Below the pieces are notes generated by a model. It did not search any database, was not told where the DNA came from, and was given only the letters and a program-made list of their open reading frames with translations. Both the position numbers and the translations under genes were made by a program. Below, one piece after another: positions 12,983 through 22,739 of a stretch of DNA of 64,000 bases; position 1 is the first letter of the stretch, and each line of letters begins with the position of its first letter. The DNA comes from Nymphon striatum (Eukaryota), in assembly GCA_016618385.1 (NCBI GenBank), contig JABFOP010000159.1, forward strand, positions 566,555 through 630,554. The letters are read 5' to 3'.

Positions 12983-15900
12983 ATGAAGCCTTCCTTTCCG
13001 ACAAATATCGCTCCTCTGTTTTCTCTTCAGGAATCAAAACGAAGCGCAGCTATTGAAGAAACTGAAGTGATGGAGAAACTCAAAGATTGTCTTCTGTCAA
13101 ATTATGTTTATGAGTTCATTTGTAAATTGGAAGAAAGTGATAAAAAAAGAAAATGCCCAAAGTGTCATTTTGAAACAACATCTTTTAAAAGAATGATTGC
13201 TCATGTAATTAAGCACAAAGTCTGGATTTGTCGATTTTGTTGCAGGGCATTCACCAATTACAAATTATTCCATTGCCATGTTCAAGAACACACTTGTGAA
13301 TTTGGGTACTATTGTTCATTTTGCTTTTTTTCTAGGTTGAAATCTGGAGTTTCTAGTCACATTGAAACAACTCATACAGCTTCAGAAAAAGCAGTAGTGA
13401 AACAGTGCCCGCTTCATGTCATTAATGGTATACTTTATGGATACCTTTGTTTAACTTGTGGAATTATTAAGCTTTCAGAAGATATTTTTCAAAACCATTT
13501 CCTTAAATGTAAAGGTTCTAAGTCTGTAAGGATCACTATGTCTAAACCAATTCACCGCAAGATGGCTGATCGTCGGTTCCTTAAGAAAATGAGTGCTGCC
13601 AAGGATGTGATTCAACGGATAAAAAGGAAGCGCAGATTTAAAGAAATTGGAAAATTTAAACTTCGCTCTCCTGGTGTAATAAAGTGTGAAATGTCACCAA
13701 ATGCTGATTCATCTGACTCTAAGAAATGTGTGAAAAAAATTGCAAATCTACCTGTGATATTGCCAAAAGATGAAAAGTCTATTTCATCTTCAACAGATAT
13801 AAAAAATATTATCAAAAAACAGAGTCCCAATACAATATCAGGTCCACAGTTATCAGCAGAGAAAACTGAAAGTAAAATTTTGGCTAATTTACCTTCATCA
13901 GAAATCAAAAATGTTGAAGAAATAATGAATACTAATGAAATGCCAGGTCCAGGAATGACGAACACTAATACGACGTCAGGTCCAGGAATGACGAACACTA
14001 ATACGACGTCAGGTCCAGGAATGACAAACACTAATACGATGCCAGGTCCAGGAATGACGAACACTAATACGACATCAGGTCCAGGAATGACGAACACTAA
14101 TACGATGCCAGGTCCAGGAATGACAAACACTAATACGACGTCAGGTCCAGGAATGACGAACACTAATACGATGCCAGGTCCAGGAATGACGAACACTAAT
14201 ACGATGTCAGGTCCAGGAATGACGAACACTAATACGATGTCAGGTCCAGGAATTACAAACACTAATACGATGTCAGGTCCAGGAATAACAAACACTAATA
14301 CGATGTCAGGTCCAGGAATAACTAACACTAATACGATGTCAGGTCCAGGAATGACGAACACTAATACGATGTCAGGTCCAGGAATGACGAATACAAATGC
14401 AATATCAAGTCCAGGAATGATGAATACTAATGCAATATCAAGTCCAGGAATGACGAATGCTAATGCAATGTCAGGTCCAGGATTGCTATTGTTACAAGGT
14501 CCTCAAACTTTTCAAGTCTCACCTTCGTTGGCTGTGTCACAAGCAGGTGCCACATTGCCTTCCATGAATTCTTCAGTGCAACTATCACAGGCAAGTATAA
14601 TAAATGTTCAAAATTCTCCTGTTTATGTTTTTCAACCGGCCCAGACTATATCTGTTTCATCTCTAGTGTCATCACTCCCAATAGTAAGTAGCTCTCAAGT
14701 TGTTCCTCATGCTGTGCTATATCCAGAACAAGTAGCAAATAATAATACAATTATGAATCTAAGAAAAATGCTTGGAATAGCTGAAGCGGGAGGAATAATT
14801 GATTTGAATAGTTCAATGTCAACTTTGCAGCCTTCTTTAATTCCTTCAATTGCTGAATTAGCTGTTAAACAATCTAATATTCCACAGTCTTCAACACTTT
14901 TGTGTGCCAATCCTGCTCCTGATGAAAACTTACTCCCAGCCTCCACATTTAAAGAAAATCATGGTGCAAGTGATAGCATAAATAAGCCCTCTGCTACTAT
15001 TAATCAAGCTATTACTTCACGAAAGGAAGTTTGTGATAAAGTCAATTCAGATGAGCTCTGCACTGTGTCCACCGAAACTGAATCAGATATTTCTATATCC
15101 AAAAAGCCTCATACTTCGGCAACAGATTTTGCAAAATCAACTAAATCTACAGATAGTATTAAAAATAAATCCCCCAATAATTTTATTTCCGAACATCCTA
15201 CTGTTAAATTAAAGGCTAAAAGTGACAAGTTGGATTCTTCTAAAATTTCAGCGAGTGAATCTCCATGCAAATCACAAAATGTAAGTCCTAATACTTCTGT
15301 TCGCGATTTATTAGATGATTGTGATAATGATAAACCAAATAAAGAATCTCAGTCAAACTACTTACCTTCCACTTTTGTCAGCCAAGATATTGTGATTCCT
15401 GACTATCAGGATAGCCAAGAAGACTCTGATGACAGTGACTTCCAATCCAATATTTCTTTTAGAAGCTCACGAAAACGAAAGAAAATTTCTGAAAATTCCA
15501 GTCATTCCATAGAATTCAAATCTCCTAAGTTTTCTTACGTTCCAGTTAAAAGTGAAAAATTTTCTCCAAAGAAAGTGGATACATCATCAGAAAGTTTTCA
15601 ATCGAGTAGTGTTACACTGCCTTCTAATATTTCTATGATTGACATAAATCAAACTACCCCATTACCAGAAAATGTGATTAGTACAGATGTTCGATGTCCA
15701 CAATGTAATTTGATGCAATCATTCACAGAATCTTCTCTCACCATGCATTTGTGTGAGCATTACAACCTCAATTGCTATGCCTGTGGTTTATGTGGTAAAG
15801 AATTGAAGGATCAGAAAGTTGTTGATTCTCATGCACTGGCAGAGCACAACCGTAAAGTAATACCGTATCGAGTTTTACGCTGCCCAGATTATATAAAGAT

Positions 15901-16480
15901 CATAGTTTCTGATGTCTTCTCTAAGCAAGAAAATATATCAGAAAGTCCACCGAGTGATCAAGAAGTAGCTCTGTTGAAATGCACAATATGCAAAGAAGAT
16001 TTTAAGACTAAACACACCCTTCGCTTTCATCTCAGAACATATCATTTTAAAAAAGCACGATGTGGTGTGTGTGGTGAGGCATTAGCATATCCTAGTACTG
16101 TAAGAAATCATCATGCCGTCAAACATGGTAGTCGTGTTCCAGTAAAGATTGCTGCCAATCCAAATTTTGATGATGAAGAATTCAAGAAGATCTTATCAGA
16201 AATGATTGCTTCATCCTTGAAGTCTTCAGGTGAAAGTTTGCCCCTTGCTTCAAGTCCGACTTCTTTGAAGAAGCAAAGAAAGGGTAAAACACATGACAAA
16301 GTTTTCATCCGTCAAAAAAAGAGCACATCTTCAACAAAATCTTCTGATGTAGATAATATTAATGAGAACAGTGATATTGTACGGATATCATTATCTGAAT
16401 TTCGGAAACGGTTACCTGAGTGTAAGGTTGTTCTCAAACCTTTGAGATTTCAGCTTGATAAAGATTTTAATTTTGCTTAA
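12983..16480 (+). CDS. C2H2 zinc-finger protein, 1165 aa, terminal exon. The exon probably begins at acceptor 12962/12963 (ttttatttcAG). N-terminal C2H2-like fingers (CPKCHF...H..H; CRFCCRAF...HCH; CSFCFF...H), a long S/T/N-rich low-complexity linker, then 4 C-terminal C2H2 fingers (CPQCNLM..HLCEH; CGLCGK..HALAEH; CTICKE..HLRTYH; CGVCGE..HAVKH). Stop TAA at 16478-16480.
   Basis: Longest ORF in the window, with no stops over 3.5 kb. C-x2-C...H-x3-5-H spacing read directly from the translation. AATAAA-like signal about 160 bp downstream (~16641). Confidence 0.6.
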   Translation: MKPSFPTNIAPLFSLQESKRSAAIEETEVMEKLKDCLLSNYVYEFICKLEESDKKRKCPKCHFETTSFKRMIAHVIKHKVWICRFCCRAFTNYKLFHCHVQEHTCEFGYYCSFCFFSRLKSGVSSHIETTHTASEKAVVKQCPLHVINGILYGYLCLTCGIIKLSEDIFQNHFLKCKGSKSVRITMSKPIHRKMADRRFLKKMSAAKDVIQRIKRKRRFKEIGKFKLRSPGVIKCEMSPNADSSDSKKCVKKIANLPVILPKDEKSISSSTDIKNIIKKQSPNTISGPQLSAEKTESKILANLPSSEIKNVEEIMNTNEMPGPGMTNTNTTSGPGMTNTNTTSGPGMTNTNTMPGPGMTNTNTTSGPGMTNTNTMPGPGMTNTNTTSGPGMTNTNTMPGPGMTNTNTMSGPGMTNTNTMSGPGITNTNTMSGPGITNTNTMSGPGITNTNTMSGPGMTNTNTMSGPGMTNTNAISSPGMMNTNAISSPGMTNANAMSGPGLLLLQGPQTFQVSPSLAVSQAGATLPSMNSSVQLSQASIINVQNSPVYVFQPAQTISVSSLVSSLPIVSSSQVVPHAVLYPEQVANNNTIMNLRKMLGIAEAGGIIDLNSSMSTLQPSLIPSIAELAVKQSNIPQSSTLLCANPAPDENLLPASTFKENHGASDSINKPSATINQAITSRKEVCDKVNSDELCTVSTETESDISISKKPHTSATDFAKSTKSTDSIKNKSPNNFISEHPTVKLKAKSDKLDSSKISASESPCKSQNVSPNTSVRDLLDDCDNDKPNKESQSNYLPSTFVSQDIVIPDYQDSQEDSDDSDFQSNISFRSSRKRKKISENSSHSIEFKSPKFSYVPVKSEKFSPKKVDTSSESFQSSSVTLPSNISMIDINQTTPLPENVISTDVRCPQCNLMQSFTESSLTMHLCEHYNLNCYACGLCGKELKDQKVVDSHALAEHNRKVIPYRVLRCPDYIKIIVSDVFSKQENISESPPSDQEVALLKCTICKEDFKTKHTLRFHLRTYHFKKARCGVCGEALAYPSTVRNHHAVKHGSRVPVKIAANPNFDDEEFKKILSEMIASSLKSSGESLPLASSPTSLKKQRKGKTHDKVFIRQKKSTSSTKSSDVDNINENSDIVRISLSEFRKRLPECKVVLKPLRFQLDKDFNFA
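13935..14478 (+). repeat. In-frame 33-bp coding minisatellite, about 16 tandem units encoding (S/P)GPGMTNTNT(M/T), inside the zinc-finger exon.
   Basis: Near-identical 33-nt units (ggtccaggaatgacgaacactaatacgatgtca) read directly. The protein shows GPGMTNTNTxS repeated. Confidence 0.9.
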
Positions 16481-16984
16481 CATAATTAAACTGTATTACC
16501 ATTGTCTTTTTTTTTTTTTTTTTTTATTAACTTGTTTTGTAAACCTATGACTGATAGTTTTTAAATTTTTTAAATTAAATTTAAATGCAAATATGCATAA
16601 AATAATTTTTGAAAAACAAAGAACATACGATATATTATAATAAAATGAAAAAATGTAATTTATGTCTTTTGATTGCAAACTGTTCATATTTGTTCCATAG
16701 CAAGTGGCACGTTCCCCACAAGTAAGCAACTATTCGAAATGTGTGTGAAAAATATAAGGATTGGACGAGATGAATACCTAATGTAGATTAATATTTTTAT
16801 CTTATTTATTAATTATTATTTTTTTGTTTGCCAGAAGCTATTAATGTTAGTAAATAAAAAAAAAATCTATTACATGAATTTTGAGTAGAATTAAATACAG
16901 CAATGTTAGGAATCAAACTAACTAAACATACCTGTGAACCATTTGTGCTGGTCATGAGGGAGATTTGTGACAAAAATGAGGGAG

Positions 16985-17075
16985 ATTTTTTTTCGGCTAT
17001 GGATTACTGTGTGTCGTACTTTGTTATGATTGAATTTTACTCCTAGTGACGTCATTCCCTGCAGAGGGCGATGAA
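16985..17075 (-). repeat. Internal fragment of the TA-TSD MITE family (see 51251-51921). It sits inside a local imperfect inverted repeat (16926-17285, catacctgtgaacc / ggttcacaggtatg).
   Basis: Reverse-complement match to 51270-51345. Confidence 0.5.
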
Positions 17076-17557
17076 TAATTGCAAAATTAATAATTGCAAA
17101 ATAGCCTAACCAGTCCAATAATTCTGCATCGGTAGATGGGTTTTACCTAGTTTATGTTGTTTATTGGTCATAAATCAGAGATTTTATAATTGCGGTAGAA
17201 ATCAATCTCCCACCGGGAGATTTTTTTTATCTTTAAATTCCGGTAGACTACCACACAAATCGGTAGGGTTCACAGGTATGACTAAATGCAGGGTAGATGA
17301 CACATGGTCTGTTGATGAAATTTTGCTGAATGTTTATCTGGTATCTGAACTTCAATGTTTATTAATTTTATTTGTGTAGCTTTCACAGAAAATTGATATG
17401 AAATCTTTCTCCTAACCTCTTTTATACTGTTAAGTGTAGCGGTGGAGCAGAGATCATTGCAAAAATCCATTGACTTCTCTGTAATGAGTAGTGAGTTTAT
17501 AGCCTATCATAAAGGTCAATGGAGTTTGAATGAGTCCTCTGCAGAGACTCTGACATC

Positions 17558-17817
17558 TTAATGGGTTATGCAGGTGTACCACTTCACAGGACCTTCAACC
17601 ATAGTCTTCTTGAAATAGTGAAACGAGTTCTTTAATGTGCAGAGAGTATGGCTCTTCTTTACACGGGACCTCCATTAACGTCATTTCTTAGGGACAGTAT
17701 TTTGTCATCTGATTCAGAGGGGATATCACCATAATACACAATGTAAATAAATAATAGCAAATGGGAGGTTCGAGTGAGATTCGAACCTGTGTCAAGCAGA
17801 TACATAAGTGGGAAGAA
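17558..17817 (-). mobile_element. tRNA-derived SINE copy (5'-truncated head).
   Basis: Matches the SINE family body (gtgggttctttaa.gtgcagag...gacctccattaacgtc...ggttcgagtgagattcgaacc). Confidence 0.7.
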
Positions 17818-17942
17818 GTGAAATTACCATAATACACAATCAGTAAAGAAATAATAGCAAATTGGAAGTTTGAGTGAGATTCGAACCTGTGTCAATCAGA
17901 TACATTGGGAAGAAGGTTTATCCACTCTGCTCTCCGGCGTCC
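17818..17942 (-). mobile_element. Partial SINE copy (tRNA-like head region only) abutting the previous copy. This is a local partial duplication.
   Basis: ggaagtttgagtgagattcgaacctgtgtcaatcagatacat...ggtttatccactctgctctccggcg. Confidence 0.6.
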
Positions 17943-18406
17943 TTAATATGAAATCAAATAATAAAACAGATCAGCATAAAGCCATCTGGCTAGAAGTGAA
18001 AGAGAAAGTAGATGACGAGTCTTGTTTTCTTAAGAAAGATCTTAGATCTTAGTCCGAGTCTAATGAAGATAAAAATTACATCCCATCTTCGTCTCCATGT
18101 TATGAATTGGGAACGGCCAGGAAGCGAATGTATGCTCTACAGATGTTGATTACAAATTGACTGTGGAATAGATTGTTTTGTTTTGCCAGGTTTAATTACA
18201 AGCCACTAGACTTGTCAAGAAAGCATATTGAACAATTTTTTTAATGTACGAGAGTTAGATGCTGGAAATTGCCGAAAATTACCTAATTCATGTAATGTTG
18301 CAGAACTTTTCAAATTTTTCATTATTTTACTTAAAATTTCTTCACATTTAAGCTTAATCTTTAATTTATGGTGAAAAAAAAATTCCATTGACATTCATGT
18401 GCAGTA

Positions 18407-19004
18407 GAGTGCCAAAGTGTGACGTCACGTTTTAGGCCTGGACCGTAATAAATTTTCATCCCAGCTGTTTCCTCATAAGAGATTTTTACTTAATCTTTCT
18501 TTCGTTATTTCCACCGAAATTTCGCACAGTTTTGTTGGTGATAGTTTATTTTTGTTATTTTCACCTGACTGACATAAAATCACATAAGACACTTTACAGA
18601 AATAAGAACATAACATTTTTCTATAGAATACTAATTAACCACAATGAAACAACATTGTAATTAATCATAAATGATAACAAAAATATTTGATTGACGTTTG
18701 CAGTCAGGAGCGAAACACTGACCCATACTTGTCGAGAGACCGACTGCATATGATACTAGCCGGTCTCTCGAACCACTTAATTAGCTATTTGAAGTTTGCA
18801 AGGCAAACAACGAATGAAAAAGCAATAAAATGTCACATTTTCGTATTATAAATAACAAAAATAAACTTTTACCAAAAAAACTGTGCGAAATTTCGGTGGA
18901 AATAACGAAAGAAAGCTCAAGTATGAATCTCTTATGGGAAAATTGCAGGGCTGAAAATTGTTTGCGGTCCAGGCCTGAAACGTAACGTCAGCACTTTGGC
19001 ACTC
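18407..19004. mobile_element. MITE (~600 bp) with ~190-bp TIRs (GAGTGCCAAAGTG...) and a TA target-site duplication. Tc1/mariner-type non-autonomous element. It carries an internal 10-bp-stem hairpin (cgagagaccg...cggtctctcg).
   Basis: TIRs at 18407-18590 and 18830-19004. TA at 18405-06 and 19005-06. Confidence 0.6.
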
Positions 19005-19654
19005 TATTGACTTGGTAATAAATGTTTTATAAATGCTTTTTTTTTTTTTGTTTTTTTTTTTTTTTGTCAACCCTGTATGTTCAAGAATTGGCCTATATAG
19101 CCATAGCTGAAATTTTATAGCACTCCCCGCTTCCTTGTGAGAGTCTGGTTAGCAAACTTTAAGAGAGTAAACCCTAACAGAAAATCTGAAGTAGTAGCCC
19201 CTAAGGCGGTTATCAGGACTCCCGACATCTTTTACAGCCAAATTGGTGCCAAACGTCATGCTCTGTGTGCCTTTAAACTAAACCGGCGAGACCGAGAAGG
19301 GGGCAATGAACAATGGTCAGCTCAATATCTCCATAGACTCTGCCTAGGTTTGTGCGCCACGAAGAAGACACTTCGTTGCTGCTGACGGCGCACAAACCCA
19401 AAGCCGTATGCGACAGAAAGTTGTTGTGTTCAAAGATTATAATGTATGTCCTTACTTCTTCTCCCCCCACTTCCTCTCCATCTATCTCTCCCTCACTTCC
19501 TTCCCCACCTGCTCAATTACATGTTATCTATAATTGTACTTTTGATATTAAAGGCATACTCCACTCATTGACACTCATTTTGAATAATCTCTGAAATGAT
19601 AGAACAGGGCGAGTTAAGCAGATCCTGAAATTTTTTCTCTTATCTGACATCGTT

Positions 19655-20566
19655 AAATATTTTTTTAATTGATAAAACATTAATTGTAACGAGAATTAGA
19701 GAGCGGCCATTTTATTATCTACATCCGTAAATACGTCACCCACGCGACCCTGCTTCCGACATTACCATGCTGATCAACATTTAACCTCCTCCTTTTCGGC
19801 TCGAATCGATACGGTTTTATTCCATTTTTACCAGCATAATTTTGAAAAATATCTTCATCACTTGAATCAATAGAAGCTTCAACCATCTTGGTAAATGTCA
19901 CAGCGTGCCTGACGTCACGCCTGATAAGTCACGTGACTTTGTCCAAAATGGCAGCTGCTCTAATATCCAAGATTGTGGTTTTTAAAATGAGTTTAAAAAT
20001 ATTAAATGAACTCGAAAAAAATTCAAAAAATCAGGAATTGTTATTTGATATATGTACTATGGATTGGGAATTTTTTTTTTTTTACACCCAATGAGTGGAG
20101 TACCCCTTTAAATATTTTTTTAATTGATAAAACATTAATTGTAACGAGAATTAGAGAGCGGCCATTTTATTATCTACATCCGTAAATACGTCACCCACGC
20201 GACCCTGCTTCCGACATTACCATGCTGATCAACATTTAACCTCCTCCTTTTCGGCTCGAATTGATACGGTTTTATTCCATTTTTACCAGCATGATTTTGA
20301 AAAATATCTTCATCACTTGAATCAATAGAAGCTTCAACCATCTTGGTAAATGTCACAGCGTGCCTGACGTCACGCCTGATAAGTCACGTGACTTTGTCCA
20401 AAATGGCAGCTGCTCTAATATCCAAGATTGTGGTTTTTAAAATGAGTTTAAAAATATTAAATGAACTCGAAAAAAATTCAAAAAATCAGGAATTGTTATT
20501 TGATATATGTACTATGGATTGGGAATTTTTTTTTTTTTACACCCAATGAGTGGAGTACCCCTTTAA
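19655..20566 (+). repeat. Recent tandem duplication: 455-bp unit × 2.0, >98% identical. The unit's 3' part is the LINE family-1 3' tail (…caatgagtggagta(c/t)gcctttaa).
   Basis: Units 19655-20109 and 20110-20566 are virtually identical. Duplicated ORFs 19719-19901/20174-20356 and 19888-20094/20343-20549 in the ORF track confirm this. Confidence 0.9.
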
Positions 20567-21568
20567 ATAAAGTCAGTCTTTACTCACCATCTGAAGAGGA
20601 CTCATCTCTTACTGTCTCCTAGCTAGACCCACAAACATAACAAAAGTGGTCAATCAATCATAAAATCCTGAGTGTTTCAAGACGTCTGCCTTTTCGGAAT
20701 TTCAGACATTTAGTTTTGGCTGTATTTACTGTCTTTGAGTTTCTTTGAGAAGATTTCGCCAATTGACACTTTTCAACTTGACCATTGATCTCGATTTGTT
20801 AAATTTAGTGTTAGATGATAACGAAACAAACTACACTCTAACCATTAAAGAGAAAAACAAGAAACATTTTAATATACTTTTTTAAATTCTATTATTATAT
20901 AATAGCCCCATTTAAATTTTAGTAACCTACCATTGACACTAGATTTAAAAGGAAGAGAGAAAAGAAATGATCCCAGCCCCCTCCCCCCAGTCCCAGCAAA
21001 CAGGAAGGAGCCACAGCTTGTACCCAATATTTCAAAGCACCCCCTATCGGCCCCTATCTAAGGCATTTGGCAATTTCTCTATCCCCCCCCCTATCACGGG
21101 CTTTTATCACAATTTTCCACCCACTTTCTAGGGGGTTCAGGGATTCAGGTACCCCCTTCCTAAGGAATTCAAATATGTTAACCCCCTTTCTAGGGTATCA
21201 AAAATATCAAGAATTTACAAGACCCAAGAATATGTGTGCAAGACACACCTGTACAAAAGCACAATTATGAGCCTTCTGTTTTATTTTGTGCCTAATGGTG
21301 GCGCATGGTAATTCATTCTAATTTCGATTTTATATGCGATTTATGCCATTTGGTGACATTATTTGCGTTTTGCCGGTTTATTTACATTCGGTGATAACCA
21401 CTACTCATTTTTAATAATTCTCACATTTAACATTTTTTTGAACTGATATCTGACATTGGCACCCCCTTACCTCCCTCATATAAGGATGCGTTAAAGTTTC
21501 AATTTTTAACAAAAAAAGGATAGGTGAAATTGGGAACAAAATCTCCCAAAATGTTGCAACTATGTAGG

Positions 21569-21846
21569 AACTAACTAAGGCCAAAAAAAAAAAATGTTGT
21601 GTTTCCGGTAACCCGACCGACCGTATAATTTTACCGCCGACTGAAATGTTTTTATGATGATTCGGGAAAAACATAGTAAAATGCATGAAATGGTAAAGAA
21701 AAAACGTCACAAAACTACCTCTTAAAATGTGTTGAATAAAAAAAAAAAATAAATAAAAAAAAAATAAAACCGACCTACCGACCCTCCCGTCTGTCAAGAC
21801 CGTTACCGGAAACACAGCCTTTTTTTTTTTTGGCCTAACTAACTCG
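21569..21846. mobile_element. MITE (~280 bp) with ~45-bp TIRs (AACTAACTAAGGCC-A12-TGTTGTGTTTCCGGTAAC). A related partial copy lies at ~6160-6420.
   Basis: Inverted termini read directly. Shares ggtaacccgaccgaccgta with 6181-6200. Confidence 0.5.
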
Positions 21847-22739
21847 GGCATGCATCTTTGAAATAACCCCCCTTCCCTCATAATAAATTACACAAATTCG
21901 TAAATTAGGTGAACTGGTCAATTTAAGCAACCCTTTGAGAGCAAATTTTCTCCAAAGCAGAAATTAAAATTAACTTAAAATTATAATCTTAAAATTAACT
22001 CCCTATTTTTGATTTCTCGGACATTTTTCATCCGAGTTTGGCCTTGGAAATACCCCGCCTTCCCCGAGAAAATCGGAACGCGCATGCGGCCCTTAAATGT
22101 ACTTGAGTGGGTGAGGCGGGATCCAAGCTCGCTGCATTATTCCCCCTGATCTTTGTTCCCCAATAGTTGATATTAGTGCTTGAAACATCACACTGAGCTA
22201 CTTATAGAATTATTTTCATTACTTCTATTTATCTAGTTGAGCGACCACTGACATATTTAGTTGAAGATCTTTTGTCAAGAAGGTCATTAATATTGGCGAC
22301 CTGTCATTGCTTTTATTATCCCCATTCACAGATTTCCTCTGTGTTCGTCTTGGCGGATTTATAACAAATGAAAAAGGGAAACTATCCGAGCGATTGCAGT
22401 TTAGATCTTGCGCAATTACCTGATTTATTATGCAAGGCTTCTTATTTTTGTATTACAGATTTGAGATTAATCTTGGCTTATACCATTAACCTTGCATAAA
22501 TGGCCTTCCTGTAAAACGGGATCTATCAAATAGAGCAGGGTGCCCGGATGGATAAGCAACTTCCTACCTGCGTGAGGAATCTGATTTATCCACGCATGGA
22601 TCTCACTCAAATCTTCTACTCATTTCTATAATATCTTTTTTTTTTTTATTTGCACATCGAAAAAATGGCACATATGTTTAGAAAATAGGTAAAAAACAAA
22701 ACAAAAGTTTACAAAAAGGCAGAAATATATACGTATATA

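Noticed and set aside
13612-14361. 249-aa minus-strand ORF (VIPGPDIVLVF… repeats)
   Set aside because: It is the antisense reading of the 33-bp coding minisatellite in the zinc-finger exon. The periodicity creates an open frame by chance. No start context or independent support.
19548-20570. piggyBac-like interpretation of the TTAA-terminated unit
   Set aside because: The same TTTAA follows all three independent 3' ends, and the sequence is continuous with LINE RT coding in two copies. Termini lack the CCC…GGG ends typical of piggyBac. More parsimoniously it is a LINE 3' tail.
21411-21881. 156-aa minus-strand ORF
   Set aside because: It spans a MITE with poly(A)/poly(T) tracts and is phenylalanine/lysine-rich from homopolymers. 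No coding signature.
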